Part shown: one piece after another, positions 40,328 to 52,816 of the stretch
Position numbering within the stretch: the first letter of the stretch is position 1
Layout: each line of letters starts with the position of its first letter
From: Spironucleus salmonicida
Taxonomy: Eukaryota
Direction: 5' to 3'
DNA: 64,000 bases
Assembly (NCBI RefSeq): GCF_000497125.1
Contig: NC_090597.1
Coordinates: 1,251,797 to 1,315,796, forward strand
Made by a program: the position numbers and the translations under genes
The notes under the pieces: generated by a model
The model's database searches: none
What the model was told of the DNA's origin: nothing
Seen by the model: only the letters and a program-made list of their open reading frames with translations

Positions 40328-40477
40328 ATGGGTGCTGAATTTTCTGAGTTAATTTTTGACGGAACAATCGAGTTTTAGCTTTCAATGTTGAAAGAAAAAT
40401 TATCTAAGGATAAGGTAAAATAAATTAAGCATCAAGAAGCAATATCAATTCTAGACGATTCAATGAGTAAAGTTTGA
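40328..40477 (+). CDS. Met-Gly micro-protein, 49 aa (divergent family member 3)
   Basis: MGAEFSELIFDGTIEFQLSMLKEKLSKDKVKQIKHQEAISILDDSMSKV*. Same length and MGxxFS...basic...LDD layout as members 1 and 2. Confidence 0.5.
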
Positions 40478-41390
40478 TATTTAATGAATAAATTTTTACT
40501 CAAAGTTTTTTGTTATTGTAAAATATTTAATTAATTTAGATAAAAATAAATAATATAAAAAATTACGCTACTTTTATAATTAATAATAAGTTGAACCAAG
40601 ATAGTATTACCTATAATTTTTGAAAAAAACCTAAATAATTTAGTAGATTTAATGTGTATCTAGGGATACTGAAAGCTATATCGTTAACTGTGACTAACAT
40701 ACTTTAAACTCAGTATATAAAGTAAATTATACTAAAAGATGCTTAATCTATACATTTATTGTTATATAAAGTTGTCTTTCTGTTCTTATTACAATATTCT
40801 ATAACGTAAACAAAACAATAACCATAAATATTTAATATTTATGAATAACATATACAAATTATATATCAATTTTAAGAGTGTAATTTTTATCAATTTGTAA
40901 TTGCGCCCCAGTATTAATTCTTAAGCTGCATAACTTTATATATTGTTAAGTAGAGTTTTTATTCTACTGGTCAATAATTTGAAATTGAGGTAAATAAAGA
41001 TGCATATATAATATATATTGGAATTATTCATTGGAAACTAATGGCAAGTGATGAAATAACCAGTACAGTTACAATTAAAATCGTTCTTTTGAAAAATTGT
41101 TATAATTGTTTAATAATGACATTATATACATTAATATTCAATATTTTACAGTTTTAACTTTTATGAATGGTCTAAATAAAACAAATAACAATAACATATA
41201 ATTTATATTCTCTTAACTACTGTATATAAATTATATTGTCTATATTTACTTATGGTAGCAATATAATGTAAAACTTATTTATATAATCAATATTTATATA
41301 ATATATTTTACATATATTTGTTTTGAGTACTAAACAATAAAATGAAACAATCACCTATATACCTAATATTTATTCATATATAAACTAAAA

Positions 41391-41813
41391 ATGAAGATCA
41401 AATAACCAAATTTACTACCTTTGAAGATAGTAAGTACTAAACATCTTTAAGGTTAACATTAATATTCTCTATTGCCAAAATACTCTCCATAAAGAGATAC
41501 TATGTTAATATCATTAACTTAAAATTCAGCTAGTAATACTCATAGAGTTCATTAAATCTCTAATCTAAGCAAGTCAAAGATACACAAAATTTAAATGGTA
41601 AATGCCCAATCAAATAGAATAAAATAGTAATCCATAAGTTCATCTATTTAGTCTTTGGAAGAGGAAATACTGGCAATTGATACTAATCAGAATAACATAC
41701 TACGGATAGCTAACTATCATATATCTTCTAGAGTTGAATACTAGCATCAATATCAAATTGATGAGTTTAAAGAAATATAACTCTAACTTTTTGGCGAAAA
41801 AAGAAATTAATGA
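41391..41813 (+). CDS. Hypothetical protein, 140 aa
   Basis: Open code-6 frame within AT-rich DNA; no motif. Confidence 0.35.
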
Positions 41814-42583
41814 GCTACTTCACTGGATTTATAGAAGAACACTTGTCAAGACGGAATATTTTTACTAATAAATATTACATCGGTCTTAATCTACTTTTAA
41901 CGTTTTACTTGGATCGTAACTGCTATAATTTAATTCAAATTGAAGCAAATATGTTGATTTTTAAATTAAACAGAGAAAACAAAGTGAGAATATATTCAAT
42001 ATTTCTATTAGCACATAATTGTCTGTGCTTTGTCTATTACTAAATTTTTAGATAAAAGAATAAAAAATTTACACGAAAATATATAAACAAAAACGCATTT
42101 CAGATAAAATGGAGTATGACCTAGACTTCAAAAATAATAGATCTTTATGGTAATTTTTAAGCTATAAGTATATATAGATACTATTTAACTAATGCTATAT
42201 AAGCTAGTTTTACAAATTTGCCAAATTATTATATAAATCATACACACATCTAAAATAATCAACTGATATTATATTACAGTTTAAAATGCATGCGCATTTA
42301 TACTAATGCTACTGTAATAGATTATAAAACCCAAGCTATAAATTAATTTGCCAATATTCCTTAAGATCTAATAGTATTTAACGAGTCTCAAGAGTAATTT
42401 TTGGATCATACAAATTTGTTATTATTGAATTTACTTAAGTATGTATATACAAGAGTTAAGAATTATTACTATAAAAGTTTTTACTGATATTGACTAACTC
42501 TTAAATATAAGACACATAAAATTTTTGAATTTTATTTTAATTAAATTCTTATATATACAGTAATTCAGAATATTTTTTACAAA

Positions 42584-42898
42584 ATGTAAAACACGAATTT
42601 TAATTTCAAACCAACAACTTATCAACCAACTTACTCTATTCTTTCATACCTTGATACAAAACATAAAAAGAGATAATCATATTATTACACTCAATTTTCT
42701 GTAGATTCTAGTAACGTTCCTGATTTTTATCAGTCTTCTCAGCATCTTAAATAGTCATTTCTTGACTTAGAAACCAGTGTAAATAATGTTCTTGAAAAAT
42801 CTAAATTACGAAGAGATATATTATCTTAATAAGCTGAAACTCCAACAGTTTAACTTCATAACTTATATCTCACAACCACCAATGAGTCAGAAAAGTGA
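42584..42898 (+). CDS. Hypothetical protein, 104 aa
   Basis: tacaaaATG start, ends AAG TGA. Confidence 0.5.
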
Positions 42899-43163
42899 TC
42901 ATTGGTAGTGAATTTAACTGTTTATTCTTCTACATAATATCTACCAACAAGAGTCTTAAGTAAAACCTCAAGTTACTGCACATATAATTTTAATTGTATT
43001 TAATTTGAGAGATTTTTAATACTTACTTGATTGGACTACTAACCTATTTATTTATAATTATTATTTTATACATAGAGTAACTTATTCTATTCTAAAAATA
43101 AATATTGGTACTATTTTATCAATTTTGTAATAAATAGCTATACTTTTCATTTCTTTTTCCAAA

Positions 43164-43427
43164 ATGGGAGCTGAACAAACAAGCAAAATCAACCTACAGA
43201 AATACGAACGATTTTCTTAACTGATATTAAGCCCTCAATCGAATAGTTCCATTCTTACTGCTAAATCAACGCTAAATTTATCTGACTAAAAAGATTAATT
43301 TTTATTCGAATTATCATCATTTGGGGAAGAGATAGATGATGACGATTAATGTGTTGTATTGTCTCTAAAGTAAATTGATTAGCTTGAGGATTTGCAGATT
43401 GAAGATTTTTTTGATTGTGAAAAATGA
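43164..43427 (+). CDS. Small acidic Met-Gly protein, 87 aa
   Basis: ttttccaaaATG GGA (MGAEQTSK...) with an acidic C-terminus. Confidence 0.55.
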
Positions 43428-44855
43428 TGCAATTAGTGAATTTTAAGTGCCAATATTGAGATACAAATACTATAAATTATAATATTATAACAATCATACC
43501 TAGAGTTAAGAATTAACGATAGTTATAAATGAAAAATATTCGATTACAATATTAATTTATTAAAAAAATTTAATATTAGAAGCATACTTTGAGAAAACTA
43601 GATCAGCTTTAATAGAATAAAATTAATCTCTTGCAGAAAAATCGACTCGAACTAGAATATCATTTATCTATTATAGTCTATATATAGAATAATACTTTGA
43701 TGAAAAATAAATTTACTAGATAGGAATATTAAATAACATAATTACTAAATATTAACATATTCCTGATAGCTCAATTGAGATAATATTAATTTGTTACTTA
43801 TTTTTCGAAATACTGTTTTAAATTAAGGTAATAATGCAATATTACTACTTTACATTTATCTTTGATAGATAAATTTATATGTTAATATGCATTTAAAACT
43901 GCATTTTTATTTTAATATGGATTTGAAAGTAATAATCAAGAAAGTAATTACTTTATTATATAAAGTATAAGTAGTTTCTAGGTTTTGAATGAATAATAAT
44001 TTTTATAATGATTATCTGGCTTAAATCAAGTAGCGAGAGAAATCATATTCACTACATCTTTAAAAGCAGAGTAAATTTATTTCGAATCCAATGCAATAAG
44101 ATAAAATGTTAGACAAAAAATAATTGAAATCTATGTCTCTTTAAAATTAGCCTTTAGCTGTTCCGGCGGAAATACTATGTTTTTAACCCCATTGTAAGGC
44201 TTCAGTTAAATATCATAAGATGGAATAACTATCAATGAATCAAGATTAACCTGTATCGAAGGTATAAAATTAATAGTCTACATTATCATAAAAATAGAAA
44301 AAAGCGTATATTTTACCAAATAGAGAGACTATCTAAATTAAGAGAGACTTTTCACCTGCAGTGCATATTACAGAAAAGCATTTCAGCTTATATTAAAAAA
44401 CATAGGTTTAGTTTAGTGACCCCCATCAGTTTTTCAAAGATCTATTATCTCCAAAACGCACGCTTTAGGTTAAACTTCAAATTGTAGACAGAGAAAAGCA
44501 AGCAATATAAGAAGATAGAAATTGTAAGTTATAATATCAACGAAACAAAATGCTTTCATAAAATTCAGCCAGAATTCCTACTATTACTAGGCAGCCAACT
44601 ACTAAATCTTAGTGTACAATGAGGCAACAGAGCACAGTGTAAGACCTTACATCAGCCGATTTATTAGATACACGTTCTATCAACTCTCCCCAATTATCAG
44701 CCAATCATTCTAGAGTCAGATTTTAGTGATTAAGTACGCAATATATATTCCTAGCATCGAATCCGATATCATTTATTTTAAACCATTCCATATTATTGTT
44801 TTCTATTAAAATATATAATAATTATATTGTATAAATTTCCCTTCCACTTATCAGC

Positions 44856-45398
44856 ATGCACATAGATTTCGACAAGTACTCAAATTAGCCATAAATCACA
44901 TTTTCGAAAAATTTTAGTTCGCAGGGGATCACTTTTTGCTCTTCGCCAATCCAATAATTTACAATTGGCCAGGTTTCATCGACGCAATTCGCTATTCCAG
45001 GAGCCTTTTCTAAGCTTCCGATCAGCGTCCGCTGCGCTCAAAATTACCTAACCTTGGCATACCAAAAAACACAATTTAAGGCCTTTTTGCAGTTCTAACG
45101 GGGCGAGGCGAACTTGAATTTGTGGCATTCCGCATCATTTTTGGGCCTCAAAGCGGCTTCCAAAGTCACGTTTTCCACTGCAAAAATCGACAAAAAGTGT
45201 GATGTTTTGACAGAAAAATTCGAGGTTAAAACGCTTCTTTTGAAGAAAATAAAAAATGTGCTAATCGGCCTTGAGGCTGTTCCAACAAACCCTAGCCTAA
45301 GCGCGGTTCTTGGGGTTGATCGCGGTAAATACGGAGTTTTCCTCCGAAAAACATTTATTGGCGAGGAAGAGAGCGGATTGGGCATTTTTTGGTGGTGA
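44856..45398 (+). CDS. Beta-strand-rich orphan protein with C-terminal beta-signal-like motif, 180 aa
   Basis: Track ORF 45114-45398 extends to the ATG at 44856. Alternating hydrophobic segments, ends EESGLGIFWW*. Confidence 0.6.
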
Positions 45399-45481
45399 AA
45401 TATGATATCAGAAGTCGTTCGTGACGTTTCATTGGTATTTGTGAAGTTGTTTATCTCATCATTATTTTAAGGGTAAATGGG

Positions 45482-47257
45482 TCATAATGATTTTTAAATG
45501 AATTACTATGTAGTAAACAATTAGATTTGATGGTTTTATAAGGTGTATAGGAAGACGTCGGCATGGTATGGAATGCCGCGGGGGTCGAAGCAGGTGGCGG
45601 TGGTGAATGCTGCGATTTTAGACGGTAGGCTGGCATCCTGTGTGAATGCTTGCAGGTAGGGCTCATACGTGATGATGAGCTTCTTGTTGCTCGCGATAGT
45701 ATCCCGGAATGCCTCGGTAAAGAGGTTCAAGGAAGCCAAGAGGTCGATGCTTGCTGACGAATCTTTGAGCAGCTGCAATATTTGCTGGCTCGGGAGGCGC
45801 AGAAAGGATTGCAGCGTTGGGGTATATCTGCTGGTTTAGTGAGTTTTGAGTTTCGCGGTTTAGCGACTCATAACATCGCTAATGTCATGTAGGGTGTCAA
45901 CATATTTGATCCCAAATACTGTTCTAATACTGTCTACGGCAAAAGATTTTATTTTTGCTAAGACGATACCCAGGGAGCACCCTAGCACGGATGAGATTTT
46001 ACACACGGTTCCCATTACGTTCTATATCGAGATTTCTACTTCAGACAAGCTCCAGTAGCACTGTGGTGTAAAGGTGATGTGAAGCTTCCGGAAGCAGCAT
46101 GCAATTGCTTTGCTGAAAGATCCGTTCTAGAAATTTGCTGCTAGTTGTGCTATGTCCGATAACTGGTCGGCCAAAGTGATGAAATCAGACGTGATGGAGC
46201 CTATTGAATTACAATCATCGGCGGCAAGCATTGACAATTCTGTGCAGATCGTCTCACAAAATATAAGAGTACAAAGATGGGTGAACTTCAGCTTTAGGGT
46301 ATCTAGTTAAGTTTCGAAGAAAGCTTCAGACACTAGGAACAGGAGCCGTATCTCGCTTATTGTACGCATAAACTGTGATATCTCTTCATACTTTAGCTCA
46401 GATCTGAAGCTGAATATCGGTTAAAATACTATGGAAAACATATCAAAGAGTTCGTTTTTCTTCAAGAATACGTTGAAAAGGCGTGCATTCCAAAGCGTGA
46501 CCAGAATTGCTTTCATTGCTTTTGAAGCGAAGAAGTGGAAATCAAAGAAGGAAGATATCGTGAAACTACTAAGTTCTTATATTTGATTTTTGAACGCATA
46601 TATTATCAGGGACTGCACGTCAATTCCGATATTATTTAGTGTTTGCTATAATGATATGCCATGAGATGGCATAAAGTTAGTGAATTTTGGTAGTAGAGAC
46701 CTTCTGATACGCTTTTCAAGTTCCTCAGACAAGTATGGTATTCTGGCCTTCAGACTGGAAATATTTCTCAGATCCTGAAATGCTAGGAGTTGATCATAAT
46801 TCATAATTGCTACTTCAATATCACCATCTTCAAGTGCCTATTCAAATTTTTATAGTGGAGGAAGTACCTTTTTTACCTGCTTGAGAACTTCAAGAGAACG
46901 CTTCATACTATCATGTGCCTAGTAAAGAAGCTTCAACCTGATTTGATCTGATAGTTCCTCTTATTGGACTTGACTTTGCTATTTTATTTGCGATAAGGTT
47001 GCGATATATGTTGTAAGTCTAGAATTAATAGACTTCGTGTCTGGGAGAGATGACCTGGCGATCTATGAGAGTTTCAGACACTGTTGTACGTAGTTTTGCG
47101 AAAAAAAGTTTTATTGATAAAATAATAATTCTGTCTTAGCTTAAGATATTGAAATACGCGAGGTAAGTACATACTATGTCACAATTTATTTAATTTTCTA
47201 TGAAGATAGAGGGTAAGATAGTAATGAGATAATATGTTAATAAAATGAAGGTTACAT
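45482..47257 (-). CDS. Vps53-like duplicate with truncated/replaced C-terminus (possible pseudogene)
   Basis: Mirror of 52817-54525, then about 22 unrelated codons to a TGA at 45482. Confidence 0.55.
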
Positions 47258-49499
47258 CTTTTAAACCAGTTGATTCTACCCTTTTAAGTATGATTTTCGC
47301 ATTATCAGGAGCTAGAAAGTTATAGGATCTAAATCTGTCATTTTTAACAATATGACAGAATATCAAATATAATATCGATATTTTGTTAAACATGATAAAC
47401 GCATACCTGCTTTAACAAATGTGGTTATTGTAAGCGTATTGGTATTAGTAAGAAATTTATACAATAGTTATTCTATACAAAAATAGTACCGCAGTATGTA
47501 ATTAAAATCAACAAACGTAGTGTACTAAAGATTAAAATATTGTTAATTGATATATCACTCATGCGAGCATATAAGCAAAAACGAGACCTGCAATTCCTGC
47601 TCCAACAGATAATACAATGTCACCATCTTTACATTCTCCATTAACGAGTTCCTAACCCTCTTCACACTCAATAGGTACACATTCATCCCCAACGAGTTCT
47701 TAATCCTAGTTGCAAATGATTGGGATACATATACCCCCGTCTAAAAGATGCCCTTCATCGCATACTATTTATACACAATCATTTCCAACTAATTCGAAAC
47801 CCTCTTTGCAGATAATAGGAGAACATTCGTTTTCTTAGAATATTTCACCATCTGGGCAGTTAGGATCTGTGCATATATTCTCAACGTTTACTTATCCGAG
47901 CATACAGTCAACACAAACACCAGCAATAATAATCTGATTAAACTCGCATGAAAGATTCTCAATATCATAGAGATGTTTAGCTTCTTCAAAGATCTAATTA
48001 GCAATAAAGTTGCAAACTACGCCATTTTTGTATTCAGTGTTAATACTTTCATCTCCAGGAGTATATGTGTATTCAATAATATCTTCATTGACAGTGGTAA
48101 AATTCAGTTAATATGTCTTCCCGTTTATGAATGTTGCTATACCTTTTTTGCAGTCATTCTTTACATTAATAGTACCATTAGATACTTTATACTCAATTTC
48201 TTCACAATCAAAGGTAGAGATGTACAGTGCATCTATGATATAATATTCTTCGCTGATCTAAACTTGAAGGTTTGTGTTTGTTAAGGGAGTACGCTGTAAA
48301 ATGTTGTCTTCATCGTCAAGAATAAGTTCATTAACTATTTATACTGTAAATTCATTACTACCTTATCTTACATAGAGCTGTTTTATTTCGTACCTTTCAA
48401 GGTTATCTTCTACAATTTCCATTGTAGAATTATCGATATTAAAAATAAATTCAACAAAATTACAATTATTGATTTAAACAACGAAATCTTCTGTTTCGAA
48501 GGCGTTTTCAGCATTCATAAAACAATTACCAGCTGCATTTTTAGGTGTTGTAACAGGGTTTACAATTGTATTAGTTACATTGAATGTGGGATATTCAGAT
48601 ACTTCAATACTTTCTGTTGTTAAGTGAATCTACATTCTAACAGTAGTCTCATTTACAAATTATGCAAATGACTTCTTAAGCCCATCTTGTTAAACTACTG
48701 GGCAGTTTGTTACAAAGGAAAGTAAACCAATCATTTTTAAACATAGTAAAATAAAGTAGATACCAAATATTCGTAATAGATAAAGTGTCACTCTCCTAGC
48801 ACCCAATTTAGAACACCTTCACCTTCTGGAAGCTAATGACTAACGTAGTTTAGCTAAAACTTTTTATTACTGCCTATTAAAACCTCAACAGTTTACTCTT
48901 ATTTGAATTCCTCTGCATTTAGCATCGCTAGGATTAAATTATCTTTCATATCTTCTTCTTCCTTTATGGCGACATTTGACTCTATTATAAGAGGTTCTCT
49001 GCTTATTATAGTTACCTGGTCGTTTGATAAATTAAGCAATTGTTGATCAAATGATTTATCTACACTTTTTATATTGATTTATTAATTAATAATATCGCAG
49101 CTATACCATAGCTATTTAATATTTGTGTAAATAATATCGTCGTGTTTAATAAATATTTAATTTTCTAGATACCTAAACCCTAATTATCTGAGTTAGTCTC
49201 CTTCTAATTCCAATTCTAACAATCCTCCTGTAAAGCATATGTAAATATTTTTATTCTTTATAATTAGATTAGTACACTTTTCAGGTATCACATTCGCTAT
49301 GCTATACAATATTCCTCCATTAAGACTCGAGATTATTAATCTAGACTCAGATAAAAATTGATTGGATATTTCTAAAATGCAAATAATATAGTCCTTATAT
49401 ATTTCGAAAAATTTAATTTGCGGTAATGTTTAGCCTCTCTACAAAACATCAGATTTCGAGTAAGCTTGATAAAGGAAAATAGTTGTTGCGGTGTAAAAT
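45549..49499. repeat. Left arm of ~3.95 kb inverted repeat
   Basis: Reverse complement of 50575-54525. Mirrored coordinates sum to 100074 for all track ORF pairs. Confidence 0.97.
47559..48734 (-). CDS. Cysteine-rich surface protein (copy in left IR arm), 391 aa
   Basis: Mirror of 51340-52515 with one E/K difference seen. Confidence 0.8.
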
Positions 49500-50512
49500 G
49501 GGCCAATTAAACTTTAAATGACATCGATTGCTCCTGGTATACATTAAATGAATAATTGACCATTTCTGATTTTTGGTGTGACATATTTATTTTAGCTAAG
49601 CATATTAAGCCCAGCAGGAGTAGATGACAAGCAAAATGATTATTCAGCTGATATTTATTCATAAACAAAAATTTTATTACAATCTAGTTATATGTATAAA
49701 TTATTCTCACCATATGAAATGTTATAAACAGATGACATTAAAGGACCAATTATTTTTCTAACATAGTTTTAACGTTATCCTGTCCATTAAGCAATATTTT
49801 AAGTAAAATCAGAGGTATATAAAATAGGTAAACCACTTGAACATGGAATGGGTAATACTTCAACAACAGCGTGAGCATGATATTAAAGTTTGAAATCATA
49901 ACTATGGTGCCTTATAAATACTGAGCCATCAGCTAGTCCTGCAAAAACAATATCATTTTATAGAGCAAATGAAGTTATAGGACAATGATATTATTGAATG
50001 ATTTAAACAACCATGGTGGTAGAATCTATTTTCTTTATCTCTCTATTATTAGCAAAGTAAATGTACCCATTTTGCTATTATATAAAGATTGAAGGTTTGG
50101 TTATAAGAACAGGTGACTGATAATAAACTAATTCCTTTAACAAAGGAACTAACATGTTGTCTACAAAATGATATATAGAAATTTTTTGGTGCTCTCGCAA
50201 TACAACTACATTTTCAAAAGCCGTGATAAATTCAGAATCTTGAGGATACTCTGAAAAATTACAATAAGAACCTTTTATTGTATCAAAAGCAATGACTCTT
50301 TTCTTATTATAAATAAGCAACAGCGTGTCAGATCCACAATAACTTTATGTTGATAATATCTAATGCTTTGTTGGTGTATACTTATTGTTTAATCTGTTTA
50401 ATAAATGAGAAAACTAAAATATAGTATCTTTTGATGTTATATAGGTGTATTTCGAGGTAATCACAGGTTTAATATTATAAATTAATCCACCTAACATTAA
50501 AGGAACGGACAT
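48788..50512 (-). CDS. WD40 protein, WDR75/Utp17 (NAN1)-like, ~574 aa
   Basis: MLGGLIYNIKPVITSKY..., VFAGLADGSV, YHAHAVVEV...NIAQW...GPLMSSVYNISYG...DCNKI resemble WDR75 motifs. Confidence 0.6.
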
Positions 50513-50574
50513 GGAAATGGTGTAAATAAGATAATATATAATAGTAAAATAAACTTGATATATAAAAATATTAT

Positions 50575-51286
50575 ATTTTACACCGCAACAACTATTTTCC
50601 TTTATCAAGCTTACTCGAAATCTGATGTTTTGTAGAGAGGCTAAACATTACCGCAAATTAAATTTTTCGAAATATATAAGGACTATATTATTTGCATTTT
50701 AGAAATATCCAATCAATTTTTATCTGAGTCTAGATTAATAATCTCGAGTCTTAATGGAGGAATATTGTATAGCATAGCGAATGTGATACCTGAAAAGTGT
50801 ACTAATCTAATTATAAAGAATAAAAATATTTACATATGCTTTACAGGAGGATTGTTAGAATTGGAATTAGAAGGAGACTAACTCAGATAATTAGGGTTTA
50901 GGTATCTAGAAAATTAAATATTTATTAAACACGACGATATTATTTACACAAATATTAAATAGCTATGGTATAGCTGCGATATTATTAATTAATAAATCAA
51001 TATAAAAAGTGTAGATAAATCATTTGATCAACAATTGCTTAATTTATCAAACGACCAGGTAACTATAATAAGCAGAGAACCTCTTATAATAGAGTCAAAT
51101 GTCGCCATAAAGGAAGAAGAAGATATGAAAGATAATTTAATCCTAGCGATGCTAAATGCAGAGGAATTCAAATAAGAGTAAACTGTTGAGGTTTTAATAG
51201 GCAGTAATAAAAAGTTTTAGCTAAACTACGTTAGTCATTAGCTTCCAGAAGGTGAAGGTGTTCTAAATTGGGTGCTAGGAGAGTGA
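50575..51286 (+). pseudogene. Headless 3' fragment of the WDR75-like gene
   Basis: Mirror of 48788-49499. The 5' part of the gene lies in the spacer, in the opposite orientation. Confidence 0.75.
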
Positions 51287-51339
51287 CACTTTATCTATTA
51301 CGAATATTTGGTATCTACTTTATTTTACTATGTTTAAAA

Positions 51340-52515
51340 ATGATTGGTTTACTTTCCTTTGTAACAAACTGCCCAGTAGTTTAACAAGATGGGCTTAAGA
51401 AGTCATTTGCATAATTTGTAAATGAGACTACTGTTAGAATGTAGATTCACTTAACAACAGAAAGTATTGAAGTATCTGAATATCCCACATTCAATGTAAC
51501 TAATACAATTGTAAACCCTGTTACAACACCTAAAAATGCAGCTGGTAATTGTTTTATGAATGCTGAAAACGCCTTCGAAACAGAAGATTTCGTTGTTTAA
51601 ATCAATAATTGTAATTTTGTTGAATTTATTTTTAATATCGATAATTCTACAATGGAAATTGTAGAAGATAACCTTGAAAGGTACGAAATAAAACAGCTCT
51701 ATGTAAGATAAGGTAGTAATAAATTTACAGTATAAATAGTTAATGAACTTATTCTTGACGATGAAGACAACATTTTACAGCGTACTCCCTTAACAAACAC
51801 AAACCTTCAAGTTTAGATCAGCGAAGAATATTATATCATAGATGCACTGTACATCTCTACCTTTGATTGTGAAGAAATTGAGTATAAAGTATCTAATGGT
51901 ACTATTAATGTAAAGAATGACTGCAAAAAAGGTATAGCAACATTCATAAACGGGAAGACATATTAACTGAATTTTACCACTGTCAATGAAGATATTATTG
52001 AATACACATATACTCCTGGAGATGAAAGTATTAACACTGAATACAAAAATGGCGTAGTTTGCAACTTTATTGCTAATTAGATCTTTGAAGAAGCTAAACA
52101 TCTCTATGATATTGAGAATCTTTCATGCGAGTTTAATCAGATTATTATTGCTGGTGTTTGTGTTGACTGTATGCTCGGATAAGTAAACGTTGAGAATATA
52201 TGCACAGATCCTAACTGCCCAGATGGTGAAATATTCTAAGAAAACGAATGTTCTCCTATTATCTGCAAAGAGGGTTTCGAATTAGTTGGAAATGATTGTG
52301 TATAAATAGTATGCGATGAAGGGCATCTTTTAGACGGGGGTATATGTATCCCAATCATTTGCAACTAGGATTAAGAACTCGTTGGGGATGAATGTGTACC
52401 TATTGAGTGTGAAGAGGGTTAGGAACTCGTTAATGGAGAATGTAAAGATGGTGACATTGTATTATCTGTTGGAGCAGGAATTGCAGGTCTCGTTTTTGCT
52501 TATATGCTCGCATGA
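51340..52515 (+). CDS. Cysteine-rich surface protein with 16-aa Cys repeats and terminal hydrophobic anchor, 391 aa
   Basis: Repeats CSPIICKEGFELVGND / CVQIVCDEGHLLDGGI / CIPIICNQDQELVGDE. Ends VGAGIAGLVFAYMLA*. Confidence 0.85.
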
Positions 52516-52816
52516 GTGATATATCAATTAACAATATTTTAATCTTTAGTACACTACGTTTGTTGATTTTAATTACATACTGCGGTACTATTTTTGTATA
52601 GAATAACTATTGTATAAATTTCTTACTAATACCAATACGCTTACAATAACCACATTTGTTAAAGCAGGTATGCGTTTATCATGTTTAACAAAATATCGAT
52701 ATTATATTTGATATTCTGTCATATTGTTAAAAATGACAGATTTAGATCCTATAACTTTCTAGCTCCTGATAATGCGAAAATCATACTTAAAAGGGTAGAA
52801 TCAACTGGTTTAAAAG

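Noticed and set aside
39830-44850. Additional long code-6 open frames in AT-rich DNA (e.g. from 43529; also 19819-20016, 32086-32575, 34912-35211)
   Set aside because: With only one stop codon, long frames arise by chance. They show no motifs or paralogues, so they were left uncalled.
47973-48284. Track ORF pairs 47973/51790 and 47190/52681 as genes
   Set aside because: The first pair is antisense to the Cys-rich gene. The second is featureless and overlaps the Vps53-like start in another frame. Their duplication only reflects the IR.
52200-52450. 48-bp periodicity as a CRISPR-like or DNA-level array
   Set aside because: It is explained by 16-aa protein repeats with divergent codons.
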